The translations under genes were made by a program, and so were the position numbers. The notes below the pieces were generated by a model that was not told where the DNA came from, did not search any database, and saw only the letters and a list, made by a program, of their open reading frames with translations. This document shows positions 35,827 to 47,619 of a stretch of DNA of 64,000 nt, piece by piece (positions within the stretch are counted from its first letter, which is position 1; each line of letters starts with the position of its first letter). Origin of the DNA: Moniliella sp. 'wahieum' (Eukaryota); the NCBI GenBank assembly GCA_003971905.1, contig RSEE01000007.1:1116001-1180000 (forward strand), read 5' to 3'.

Positions 35827-38800
35827 ATGTCCAAGGCGCTCGACTTCCTCGACGGCCTCGCCCCCCCCGCACCTCCGCACCCATCCTCGCCGACCCCGAC
35901 GACGATGCTGCTGCCGACATGACTGCCGCCCTCATGGGCAGCAGCAAGCCCACCCCCCCGCCGCCACGCCGACAACGACGACAACGACGACGACGATGCC
36001 CAGCAGATCGAGCGCGCCCAGGCCAAGGCCATCCGCGACTCTACCCGCCAGGTCAAGCGCAATGCCCCTGGCTCCGGCGGCCCTGCTTTCAAAAAGGGCG
36101 GTGGCTTCCAGAGCATGGGGCTTGCCCCCTGGCTCCTGCGCGCCATTCTTCTCCGCAACTTCCACCTCCCCACGCCCATCCAGCGCGCCGCCATCCCTTC
36201 CATCCTTGCCCAACCCGCACGCGACGTCGTGGCCATGGCCCGAACCGGATCCGGTAAAACCCTGGCGTATGTCATTCCCTTGCTCCAGCTCCTGGGTGGC
36301 CGGCACCGCTCCGCCTATGGCGCCCGTGCGTTGGTCATCGTGCCATCGCGTGAGTTGGCGATGCAGGTGCTGCGGGTGGCCAAGGACCTTGGCCGTGGTC
36401 GCAAGTCCGCCAGTGGAGAGGATGATGCGGCGGAGCAGCTCCGATTTGTCTGCTCACCGGTGGTGACTCGCTCGAAGATGACTTTGCCAAGCTGGCGGCA
36501 AACCCCGATGTGATTATTGCCACGCCGGGTCGTTTGCTTCACGTGGTCGTCGAGGCGGATGTGGCGTTGAGCTCGGTACAGTATGCCGTCTTTGACGAGG
36601 CCGACCGACTGTTCGAGTTGGGCTTGGCCGAACAACTGGACGAGATCATTGCCCGTCTTCCGCCCACACGTCAAACGGTACTCTGCTCCGCCACTCTGCC
36701 CCGCTCCCTCGTCCAGTTTGCCCGGGCGGGCCTGCAAAACAACCCGCGCCTGGTCCGTCTCGATGCGGAAGCACACATTTCGGATGCTCTGCAGATGGCT
36801 TTCTTTTCCTCCTCGCCCGACGCCAAGGAGGCGGTGCTGCTCTGCCTGTTGCGCTACGTGATTGGCGTTCCGCTCGGACGGCAGGACAAGAAAAGTACCC
36901 CGTTTGCCACCGGTGCCAACGCACCTGACAAAGGAGCCAAGAAGACTACTCGTACCTTGGAGCCGTACCAAACCGTCGTCTTTTGCGCTACCAAGCACCA
37001 TGTCGAGTACTACCACACCCTGCTCACGGCAGCCGGTTGGGCCACCGGCGCACTCTACTCAAGTCTGGACCAATCCGCTCGGTTGAACGAGATGGCCAAG
37101 TTCCAAGCGGGCAAGACGTCGATTCTTGTCGTGACCGATGTCGCCGCTCGCGGAATTGACTTGCCCCTCTTGGGCCATGTAGTCAACCTCGACATTCCAC
37201 CCCAAGCACGCACGTTTGTTCATCGCGTTGGCCGTACAGCTCGTGCTGGTGCACAAGGGTGGGCCTACACCATTGTCTCTACTGCCGAACTTGCTTACCT
37301 AGCCGACCTGTCCACCTTTTTGAGCCGCTCCGTCGTTCGTACCCCCTGGGCCCCACCGGCACCTGCCCCCCTGCCCGAGGGAAGCGAGGCCATGCTCCAG
37401 TCCAACCTCGTTCTCGGCGTTATGACCCCGGACGATGTAGAGAGCGAACAGGCATTCATCACATCCACCATCCCGCTCCGCTCGGGCGCAGCAGGTACCG
37501 ACCTCAGTGGCTTAAAGCGAACCGCGGCCAAGGCGCAAAAAGATGTACGAACGATCTCGTCCCCAACCCACGCCGGCCGGTTACAAGAAAGCCAAAGCCT
37601 GGTCCACCCACGCTCACGATCCCACCGCCTTGTCTCGCGTGGCCAAGGCGGCTGAAAAGCAAGCTCATTCCGAAGCGCTGGAAGAATTGAGTACGTTGCC
37701 TTTGCCGCTCGTCGGAGCGCCATCTGCCGAAACGGGAGTACACATGGTCTATGCTCGTCCGGAACTGTTCGGACTGGGTCAGACGGCCGAGTTGAAATCA
37801 TCCACGCGCGTCTGGGGCGCTCCCACTCGCCCGGTACCAACGTGCAGCCGTCCCAGGTAGTTGTGGAGGCAGAGGAGGCAGCCGCTCGCGCTTCCTTGCT
37901 GGCCAAGTTGTCTGCGTTTACCCCTTCGGAAACCGTGCTTGAGTCTACCCGCTCTATCGCCAAGGGCGGACCGGATGAGACGACGGTGGAGTTGATGCGC
38001 AAGCGCCGCTCGACCTTGGCCCAGTCCCGGTTGCGCAAGGCGGCCAACGATGCACAGGCTTCAGCCGAAGCAGATGCCGAGGCCGAGTTGCAGCCCTCTG
38101 AAGAAGAGCAAGAGGAAGGGAGAAGTATGTGTCGTCGGATCTTGGTCTTGGGACACAAAAGAAGGTACTTCAATGAGGCGGCACCCGAAGAGATTGAGGA
38201 GGTGTTTGGTGCGGCTCGACCGCACAAGAAGGCCAAGGTGTCCCGCATGGGCCAGCTGGCTCGTCCGCAGCAAGGTGCGTACAAGGACCGTTCAGCCTAC
38301 CTCACCTATACCCCGCGTGGGGACAAGACCGATTCGGCCGGCATGTTTGTCGCGGAAGCGAATGCGTTGGCAGAGGATGCAATGAACGATGAGGGTGGAC
38401 GTGCGAAGGGACAACGTGCTGGCGACAGCAACCAGCGTCCCAATGCTCGACGGTGGGATACTACCAGCAAAAAGTTTGTCCGTACCGACCAGCGCGGACA
38501 GGACAATGCTAAGTTGATCAAGACTGAATCGGGAACCCGGTTGCCGGCCAGTTACCGCTCCGGACGGTACGATGCTTGGGCCAAGCACAACCGTATGAAC
38601 ATTCCCCGTGTGGGCCAGGACGAGCTGGATCTCAACTCGGTCGGTGCGCCGGACCTACGCTCTTCGCTGGACAAGGCGGCCAACATGAAGGGCGCTCCGG
38701 GTGGCAAGGGCATGAAGCACACCAAGCTCACCCCGCCCCAAAACCCGTTCAAGCGACAACACTGGAACCCGGCTGCACGGCAGGACCAACCGTCCGACCG

Positions 38801-38996
38801 TAAGAGCGGACCAACCAAGGCGTTTGCCAAGGGCAAAAAGAAGGTCGTGCCCAACTCGGGCACTCGTACCGCCAGCGGAGGCCGGAACGAGATCAAGTCC
38901 GCCCAGGACATTTACAAGCAGCGCACCATCATGGCTCAGCGCAAGGCCAAGAATGCGCGCAAGCCGGCCGGCGGCAAGGGCAAAGGTCGGCGTTAG
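35827..38996 (+). CDS. DBP10: ATP-dependent DEAD-box RNA helicase Dbp10/DDX54; frameshifted
   Basis: GGGFQSMGL Q motif, PTPIQR, DVVAMARTGSGKT, PSRELA, DEADRLFELG, SAT, TDVAARGIDLP and HRVGRTARAG, plus the DBP10CT motif WD..KKFV...IKTESGTRLPASYRSGRYDAW. Confidence 0.95.
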
Positions 38997-39862
38997 CATG
39001 GGGTGCGGATGAGGGTGTGAGTGGTACTGCTATATGGTTCGGTTGCCCTATATCTCCTTTGCTTGTTTGTATAGTCGGCGCACCGTATGCAACTAGTACG
39101 TAGCCATGCGAGACTGCGCGTTCACAAACCCGAAGGCCACATCGATTGGTTCTGTAGTCCCTCCCACCACCGGTTTGCATGAGTGCATGAGATCGGACCG
39201 TCCAACATGATGAATGAGTCAGGTTTCTGTAAGCACGCACTGCCTCGCTATCATTCGGCCTCGTACACCGGTCATGGCGGGGGAGCGGTGGTCAATCGGA
39301 GATGTCAAACACGGCGATGTTGCGCAGGCTAGTGCGCTCAGTCGGCCAAGTCCAGCCTGCCCACAGCAACTCAAGAACGACGCGGAACGTCTCCCACATC
39401 AGAGAGTAGGTTTTACGGGGGCTGTGTCCCGCTGCCTGAGTTAGTAGGGTCTTACATGGGATTCGTGCCCGGACGTCTATAGTGGAATGTATCCCTCCCA
39501 TCTCCAGTCACTTGCTCAAAAAGGCACTCCTTCCCGTCAGTGTCGGTGGCTCGAACCATGTAGTACATGCGCAGCGTTCCTCGCCTCCAGCGAGATACTT
39601 TTTTGCGGTGCATACTACAATCTCTCCAGCGGGGTCGCGACAGTGCTACGGGATGCATCCCTCAGTCCTAGGGCATCTCATCAATCAAGTAGCCCACACC
39701 ACATGCTATTACCTGTGCACCGACACTCTCCTTTTCCGTTCACTAATTCATTTGGCACCCATTGCATGCCAATTCACAAGAATGGCGAAAAGAGGTGAGG
39801 AGAGCCCGTTGGACGCGCAGTGACTACTGCACCACACTGCACCTCTTACATGTCACGAGCAA

Positions 39863-41312
39863 CTAGACCGTCAAAGATGTACGTAGTTTGAGGCGAGCAC
39901 TCATACGGGCTAGCATGCCCTCGAGCCCAACGTTGGCGTCCGTGCCGTACCCGCCCGTCATGGGCTTGCGTTCGGGCAAGTCGACTCTTTCGTAGTAGTA
40001 GGCCTTCTTGGAGTGACCCATGCGCCACATCTTGAGCATCCGAACCAACTCATTCAAACTCTTGCTGGCTGGGGAAAGGGGCGGCGAGCGCACGCAAGTT
40101 GGCATCGTATCCAGCCCAGACAAACGCTCGTTGGGCACCAGACAGGTGGGTGGGACGAACAGGATTGGGAATACCCAAGATGGAATCCAACGCTCGTACC
40201 ATAAACGCTTGGTTGCCCGATACACCTTCGCACCCGTCCCACCCCCACCCGTAAAACCCTTGCACGTACCGCGCCCACACATCCCTCTTGACCACATCGG
40301 GCTTGAGGTTCTTGTAAAAGTAGCCAAACGCAGCCTTGACCGCTGCCACCCCTTCTTCCAACGCAACACTGTCTTGCCCCGCTTCCAACTCGGCTGCAAA
40401 GCGGGCAAGACATGCGTACAACGGATGGGCAATACCTTCCATGATAACAAACAGCTTGGCCGTCCAGTGCTCGGCATCTTGCGAAGCTTGGTCAAACTGA
40501 TAAGGCAAAGCGTATATACTTGGTAAGTATACCAACCCATCCACTTCCTTTTCTATTCAGGGTGCGTCACGACCCTGAAGAGATCATCACCATATACGTA
40601 CGTTCTTGGTCACCAGATACTCCAGTCGGTCCTCAGCATGATTCCAGTTGTTGTAATACGTTGTGGTCACCGTCCCCCCCGTCGTGTGGAGTCCCAGACG
40701 GGAGTTGAGGTACAACATTGAGACCAACAGGGTATCGGGCAAAGAAGAGTGTGTATCATCTTGCGCAGCTGTAAGAGTTGGGATGGTGCCCCATCTGCTC
40801 ATGAGACATGCCCGGGTTTCAGTTAGCATTGCACTGCTTTCTCCTCACGCTCCTTCTCTCCTCTTCCCCTCTTGCGTCGCACCTGTCACCCCGGCGGGGC
40901 GACACGAGTGAGGCAGAAGAGTGCCCCAACGGATAAACGGATCAAGAGATCAAGGGATCATCGATCATCGCATCTTCAACGTACCGATAAAGATGAGCTA
41001 GGACAGTCACTGTAGCGGAGATACCGAGGAGCTGGTTTGGTCGAGCGTCTTGAGTGCGTTCATGGTTGCCTGGGCGGGGGGAAGCCGTTCTTCCACCCAC
41101 TTCCGATTCGGGGCATAGTCTTCGGCACTCAGCTGCGTCACATCCATCGTCTTGCACAGCACGTTGGGCGCTTCGAGACAGAGCTGGTGTAGGGTGCTAA
41201 GTGGCCCGGGGGGGAATTCATACGACGGCTGCGGCGGCCAGCTGCCACCACCTTCAAGGCAGAGTCGCTCGTACGCAGTGGCAAACGCGGCGGAAGCAGG
41301 GGGAGCAGTCAT
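39863..41312 (-). CDS. Uncharacterised IDO/PrnB-like heme-dependent oxygenase; at least 2 introns, frameshifted
   Basis: EGGGSWPP; LAHLYR|WGTIP (intron 40795-40984); WARYVQGFYGWG...GVSGNQ..VRALDSILG; LKMWRMGHSKKAYYY...PERKPMTGG. These resemble the IDO/PrnB GxS/TxxQ loop, the (F/W)RxxH proximal His and the TGG loop. Confidence 0.75.
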
Positions 41313-43787
41313 GATCCTGGCAGACAGGCGAGAGCAGTAGAGAGGAGGAGGAGAAAGTTGAAGAACGGGGAGGGGGGGAAGGCCTTGGTTTCGGTCGAGG
41401 GAGGTGGAAGGGGTTGAGGCAGATGAGAAGAGTCGTATGCAAATGAGTAACCCTCGTCCGTATTTATCTGGTTCGGACCGAGCACATGCGGCGCTCCACA
41501 ACTATAATGCTCGTACTATGCCTGTGCACCGTGTAGTACCAAGGGGTGCTGAGGCCGACCGGGTCACGCAGCTATCACCATCAAGCTTGAGACTTAGAGG
41601 CCTCACCTCCCTCAGCTCTCAAGCTAGGCCTTGGGGGAGACAGGGTGGCAGAGGATCGATGGTGGCCCGAGCGACGGTGGATGTGCGGGTAATTTTGGGC
41701 GGTTACGATAATTCGATAACCGGTTTTATTTCTGTTCGCCCTTCAAAGTTCAAATTTCACCGGGACGCCCTGGTCTGGGACCCTGGGACCCCATGAGGCC
41801 GTGTAGACTGTGCAGATCGTGCTCAAAAGTCTTCCGTCCTGGTCCTTTTCGAATCCACCCCAAGAAGACGTTTGAAATGGGACCTTAGAGCTTAACCACG
41901 GTTGGAAAGTGTTCATATAGCCGAAGAGTCTCCTTGTAGAGAGGTTCCTTTCCGTCTCATTTCCCTGTCTACCACACATGGCTACATTGCGCACAATATC
42001 ATCCGTCGGCCGGACACACGACTCTGACAGTATTGTAGTACGGGAGCGAACGAGCTCCTGGTTCTTTTTTCCCCATCGACGTTCTAAGTGTCATTACGCA
42101 GAGATAGGAGCTGCGTCGGACTCATGTTGCGGGAAAGTGAAGAGAAATAAGAAGAGGAACCATCAGCTAATGGATGTGGGGATACTTTGTGATATGGCAT
42201 GGTGCCTGTGTGCCTGTACCTGTGTACTAGGAAGATCAGTGTGTGCCCTCTTTGCTTGGAGATGAGCACTGATGCACTGAACGCTCTCTGACCCTTCGTC
42301 AACAAAAGTAGCGAAAGAGTCATGAGGCCTGACCTGTTATTCTGCTGGAGACACACCATTATCTTTTGGCTTTCTATAAGTGGGGGGCGTGAGCCATGGT
42401 TAGTAAACGCAGTATGTGTGCGAAGTTTTGAGGACTGGGGTGTTGTGGGTGTGAAGCTGGTATAGCATCCATTCCCTCTTAGCTTAATTGAGCTCAAGGT
42501 GGTTGACACGTTGACTCCCCCCTCATGGCTAATCGAAATTTCTGGTGCACAATCTTGTGGGCCTTGCCCACCTTGAATTTCGTACGTAGTCCCACATATC
42601 TATCCGGAACCTTGTTACCGGCATTTCGATTAGCTATGCTGCTACTCTTTTGTACGAGTTCAAATCCATCTGCACACGAAGACTCAGGTACTCAGGTGTG
42701 TTCGGTGGTGTTGGATCACCCCCACCACACCTGCCGAGCGCGGCTGCATGACCTGCATGACCGGGCATAACCAGGATCTGGGGTGATCACCTCTTATCGA
42801 AAACCGGATTATACCCCCCCGCGTTATCGATATCTCGACGGGGGCGGCACTTTATCAACTGTGGGGTAAATTCAGACATTTCGTACAACAAGCACTATCT
42901 CAGATCTCAATGCCAACAGGGCCCCAAGTCAATCTATCGACTACCCCCTGCCCTCCCGTGTGGTGTCCTGCGACATTGTGACAACGGGGAATATCACATC
43001 TGACCGATACCCACTCACACATGGAGCCGCGTATGGCGGTTCAGACGTTGCCGTACCAGCCACTTAATTGGACGTTCCAATATATCGAAGAAGAGAGCGC
43101 CAAAAAGCGTCTATCTGGGTCGGGGTCTGTGGGGAGGGGATGCCGAATGCCCCATCTCGTAGCTTGCAGATACGAGTGTGGATGTGGGGGTAGGAGCAGG
43201 CGCAGTTCGCCGCCTCTGTTCGGGAGGCGAATGTATGTCCACTCTTTCTGGGGAGCGTGCTGAACGCTGGTGGAGAGAAGAGCGTGGGTCGTTTTGGGGT
43301 CCCTGCTGCCGCGTGCCATCCACAGACAACTCCCTGCGATTACGTCATCAGTTGTCACGCATCACACCTCTGTCACCCATCACATATCACATGCGGTGCC
43401 ACTTGTTCGCTCGCGGGGGGGGGGGGGTGGCTGTAGCGCCTGGGGCCACGCGGGCGCTGCAGAGCACGCATCATCCATCCTGCCCCATCATTTGCGAGCG
43501 AGAGCAGGAGCGAGACGAGGGCGGGGCGTATATACTGGTCGTTCCCCCAGTGCCCAACGAGCGACCGAGGAAGCGACCCGTCCCCTCCACCGGGGAGCAT
43601 CGCGCGAGCAAGCGGCAGCCACCGCCACCGCCTTGCCCCCATGCTGGACCAGTCCAGCAGGCACACTACAGCTATATAATAGCTCGGTCCGGTTGTTCTT
43701 GGTATCCCTCGCTGCGATCCGTCTCGTTTTGTTCTTCTCGCACCCTCACCATTCTCCCCCCACTTCTTGCCCATCCACATCCGCACT

Positions 43788-46256
43788 ATGACCGGTGCTG
43801 AACTCGGACGACGAAGGGTCCTACGACGCCTACACCGCCCAAGCCCAGCACCTTCCCTACCGCGACAGTCAGCAGCTCCACGAGTTTGGCAGCCATGCTG
43901 CCTCCTCATTCTACTCGAGCTCCACCGCTGGCCCTGATGACGCTACTCAGGCTACCCACAAACGCAGCTTGGGGCAGCACCGATGCCCATGACCAGGATT
44001 TTGGTCCGTCACCATTTACCCGCGCGGGGTCGGGCAGCTACCGTTCGGCAGCTGCTCTTGGCTCGGCTCCCTGGGTCGGAGGACCCGCTGGCGGCATCAC
44101 CAGGCGTAGGTGTGCCTGCCAACAGCCACGCTGCGCTGGCCTCTGCTTCAGCACAAGGTGCGAGGACACCGGTAGGAGTCAAGTCGTCGCCAAGTGCAAC
44201 TACGACCGCAGTGGGAGCCTCGTCGTCCTCTTCGCCCGATGTGGCCTCGCGGTTCGGCCTGTTGGATCCCAATGCGCATCAACTTTCAGGATTGTATACA
44301 GCGAGATGGATGATTTGGACGACGACCTGCACGCATTGGCCCCGACGACATTGCCCACCGCAACAAGAATTCCGGTGGGATCAGCAAACGGGGGCTGTTG
44401 AACTTGAGTACCTTGGCCATCCTCATTCTTGCGTTGCTCATGTTATTTGCCGGGTACCCCATCTTGACCGCCATGCGCGACAAGCACGATCAACTGGGTG
44501 GGTATGGACCAGGAGGAACTAATGGTTCTGGCCAAGTCTCAGTATTCCAGGCGTTCGCACCACCTCATCGACCCGGATACGCCACAGGATGCCTACACGC
44601 GCAAATCGGGCGTCGACCAAAGTACCATGAACCTAGTCTTTTCCGACGAATTTGAAAAGCCCGGTCGGAGCTTTTATCCCGGTGATGAGTATGTCCATGT
44701 CCTTTTCCTCCCATTTTTTTTCCCTGTATACCTGTGGACCGATATTCTCGTCAATGTAGTGATGTTATATGAAGATACTGACCCCCCCCCCCCTCCCCCT
44801 GCTGCTATGTGTCCCCTCAGCCCCTTTTGGGAAGCTGTCGATCTACACTACTGGGCCACCAACAATTACGAATGGTACGACCCTGCGGCAGTCACGACCG
44901 CCAATGGTGCGTTGCGACTTACCATCAGCCAACACCCCGAGCACAACCTCAACTTTCGTGGGGCATGGTCCAGTCCTGGAATAAGTTTTGCTTTACGGGC
45001 GGTTGTACTGGTAGCCAGTGTACGGTTGCCAGGGAAAGCCAAAGCTTCAGGCTTGTGGCCGGCCATCTGGTTGATGGGCAACTTGGGCGGGCAGGGTACG
45101 GTGCTACCCTAGAAGGAACCTGGCCTTATAGTTACGATGCGTGCGATGTGGGCACCTTGGCCAACCAAACTGACCCAGCCACCAACTTGCCTGATTCTTC
45201 AACCTTGGGCAACTGCCCCTTTAACCAAAAACACAGTAGCAAGTCCCTTTCTTTCCTCCCGGGACAACGCTTGTCGGCGTGCACATGCCCAGGCGACGAT
45301 CATCCCGGCCCACAGTTCCCCAATGGCTCTTACCCGGGACGCATGGCCCCAGAAATCGATCTGTTTGAGGCCCAGGTCAACCAACAGGAAGGTATGACGG
45401 TCAGTCAAAGTTGCCAATTTGCCCCGTACAAGTATGTATTCCCCCCCTCCCCCCTCCCCCCTTTCACCCATGTTGGGTAGTTTCCAAATGACCCACTATT
45501 AGGAGAAGAGAGCTGACCGATCGGGGGCTATGCTCTTCCATCATTACTCATTCCGCAGCGCATACTATCGTCCCACTGCCAAACCCATGTTGCTCGACAA
45601 ACGTACCATTGTCAATAGCTACACGGGCGAGCTTACGCAACAAAGCATGTCGGGCGTCACCCCACCAACCAACAGGGCATGCAGTACCTCCAGGACAACT
45701 CGACGGGAATCTTTACCGAATACGCCGTCGAGTACCAACCGGGCCAGGGGGGGTACGTACAATGTGGGCGAGCGGTACGCCTGCCTGGCGGTTAAGGGAC
45801 GAGTAGCGGCCGATCCAGTGTCGAAAATTTCTTCCCGCCCGTACCGCCCGAACCACTATACATTCTCGCCACGTGGGCATCGCAAAACTTTGGCATCCGG
45901 CTTGGAAGCAACTCATTTGGCCTTCGGCCATGGAGCTGGATTGGATTCGTGTCTACCAGCCACAAGGTAAGTCCAACGTCGGTTGCGACCCTCCGGATTA
46001 CCTACCGCAGCCTACATTGCTCGCCATCAAGAAGCCTACACCAATCCCAATTATATCTCTGGGGCGAGGGGGGCTACGGCGGCGTCTGGCCCCGCAACCG
46101 CTTGAACCCAGATGGTTGTAACGCCGTTCCATCTAAAAACCCAGGAAGTCCCACCAAGCCATGCCCAAGGCTAAAAGTTTCCCTTCCCACGCCATTGGCC
46201 ACAACCAGCAACAGTGCCAGATCAATTCGTGGAAGGACGGACAGCAGCAGAATTGA
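43788..46256 (+). CDS. KRE6: Beta-glucan synthesis-associated KRE6/SKN1-like GH16 type II membrane protein; introns ~44689-44820 and ~45432-45558, frameshifted
   Basis: LILALLMLFAGYPI TM segment; LIDPDTP; LVFSDEF..GRSFYPGD|PFWEAVDLHYW; QSWNKFCFTGG; LWPAIWLMGNLG; WPYSYDACDVGTL; PGQRLSACTCPG; APEIDLFEA (GH16 catalytic motif); DWIRVYQ; VGCDP. Confidence 0.93.
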
Positions 46257-46339
46257 GTGGTTTTGCCAGGAAAGTGGGAGCTCGTGTGTGGTGCGAAAAA
46301 GATTTATCCACTCACCTTTTGCCCAATCTCTCCCTGTCG

Positions 46340-46374
<35 letters not shown>

Positions 46375-46894
46375 CTCGGCCACTCTCTATCCTCTCCCCA
46401 CTCACTGTTTCTGTCCCTTGACTCTCACACGTACTTTTCCTCATCCCCCCCTTTCCCTCCCGTTTTTATCCCTCACTCTCTTCATATCTCTCCCCCCCTG
46501 CCCTATTTCTCCACGATGTGACCCCCGTGACCTTGGACCCGTCTTTTGCTCTGTATCTAAGAGCGCAGCTCAAGCGAGACAGCCACAGTTACACCTACAG
46601 TTAGATATAGCAAGTGGCTAGTGATAGTGGCCGCGCGCGACCCGCATACAGATACTCCTCGATCGGTCTCGTCGGTTCGTCCGTTTGGGGAGAAGCACAA
46701 TGGCATTATTGGCTGGAATCCGGAGAGTCCCAACGGAAGAACCGAGCGAAAGGATGATCGATGAAGAGCAATGAATCCGCGCGGGAGCTCATTATTCGTG
46801 TACACAGAGGTGAGTAGCGGGGAACCTTGGAAACGTTCGGAGAACGTAGGACCTCGCCTCCAGGCGAGACTACTGAGGCATTCGGGAGGGGGAG

Positions 46895-46934
46895 ACGGAG
46901 ACACCGAGACGGAGACACCGAGACGGAGACACCG
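46895..46934. repeat. 14-bp tandem repeat (GGAGACACCGAGAC), ~3 copies
   Basis: Visible directly. Confidence 0.8.
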
Positions 46935-47059
46935 TTAAGGAGGGTTAAGAGTAGTCCACTCGGGAGATGTAAAGAAGCGTAGGAGCGCAAGTGATTCAAA
47001 TTATTGCTTTTCTTTCACATCAACACTCTAGATTATGTGGGCACTTGTGCTTTCAAACC

Positions 47060-47143
47060 GGGCGGATAGCTCAGTGGTAGAGCGCAAGCTTCGCATCGTT
47101 CTGTGCATTGTGTGAGGTCTGGGTTCGATTCCCTATTCGTCCA
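47060..47143 (+). tRNA. tRNA-Ala (anticodon CGC) with ~13-nt intron
   Basis: Acceptor stem GGGCGGA/TTCGTCC-A with the G3:U70 Ala determinant; D-arm GCTC-AGTGGTA-GAGC; TT-CGC-A followed by intron TCGTTCTGTGCAT; GGTTCGATTCC B-box. Confidence 0.9.
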
Positions 47144-47147
47144 TTAC

Positions 47148-47154
47148 TTTTTTT
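47148..47154 (+). terminator. Pol III oligo-T terminator of tRNA-Ala
   Basis: Run of 7 T immediately downstream of the tRNA 3' end. Confidence 0.75.
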
Positions 47155-47619
47155 CTTGTTTTGGGGAACAGACCACTCTCTTAGCCTGGTTGTGCTAACT
47201 AGCTACTACTAGCTACTAACCTCCTCGTCGTGGCGACCATCGTGATGGTACATTGCCCCGAGCGCGCCCGGACTCTCGTTCTGTTGTTTTAAGAAATCTC
47301 AACACAGCTATCGATGGACCATATGAACCGGAGAGGTTAAAAAAGGGTGAATAAGAGCGTAGAAGACGGGGATTACGAAGATCCTGATAAGCACTTGTAT
47401 CCAAAGCATAGAACTGTGCCCTCTGATACCTCCCTCGTAGTCGGCGGGGCTAGCGGTATCATCAGTGTACACATAAAAGTTGGTCATTGGTGTTTGTAGT
47501 TGGTGTTGGTGTTTGGTGGTGGCGGTTGGGGTGATGATTGATGATTGATGATTGATGATGGAAGGCCGAGGGCGTGGTCAAGGGCCCATCAAGGGCCCGT
47601 CGACTCGGATCGTAACCGC

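Noticed and set aside
40555..40595. C-box GTGATGA and D-box CTGA around an 8-bp hairpin in an intron of the heme-enzyme gene
   Set aside because: The span is only ~35 nt, too short for a box C/D snoRNA, and no guide region is evident.
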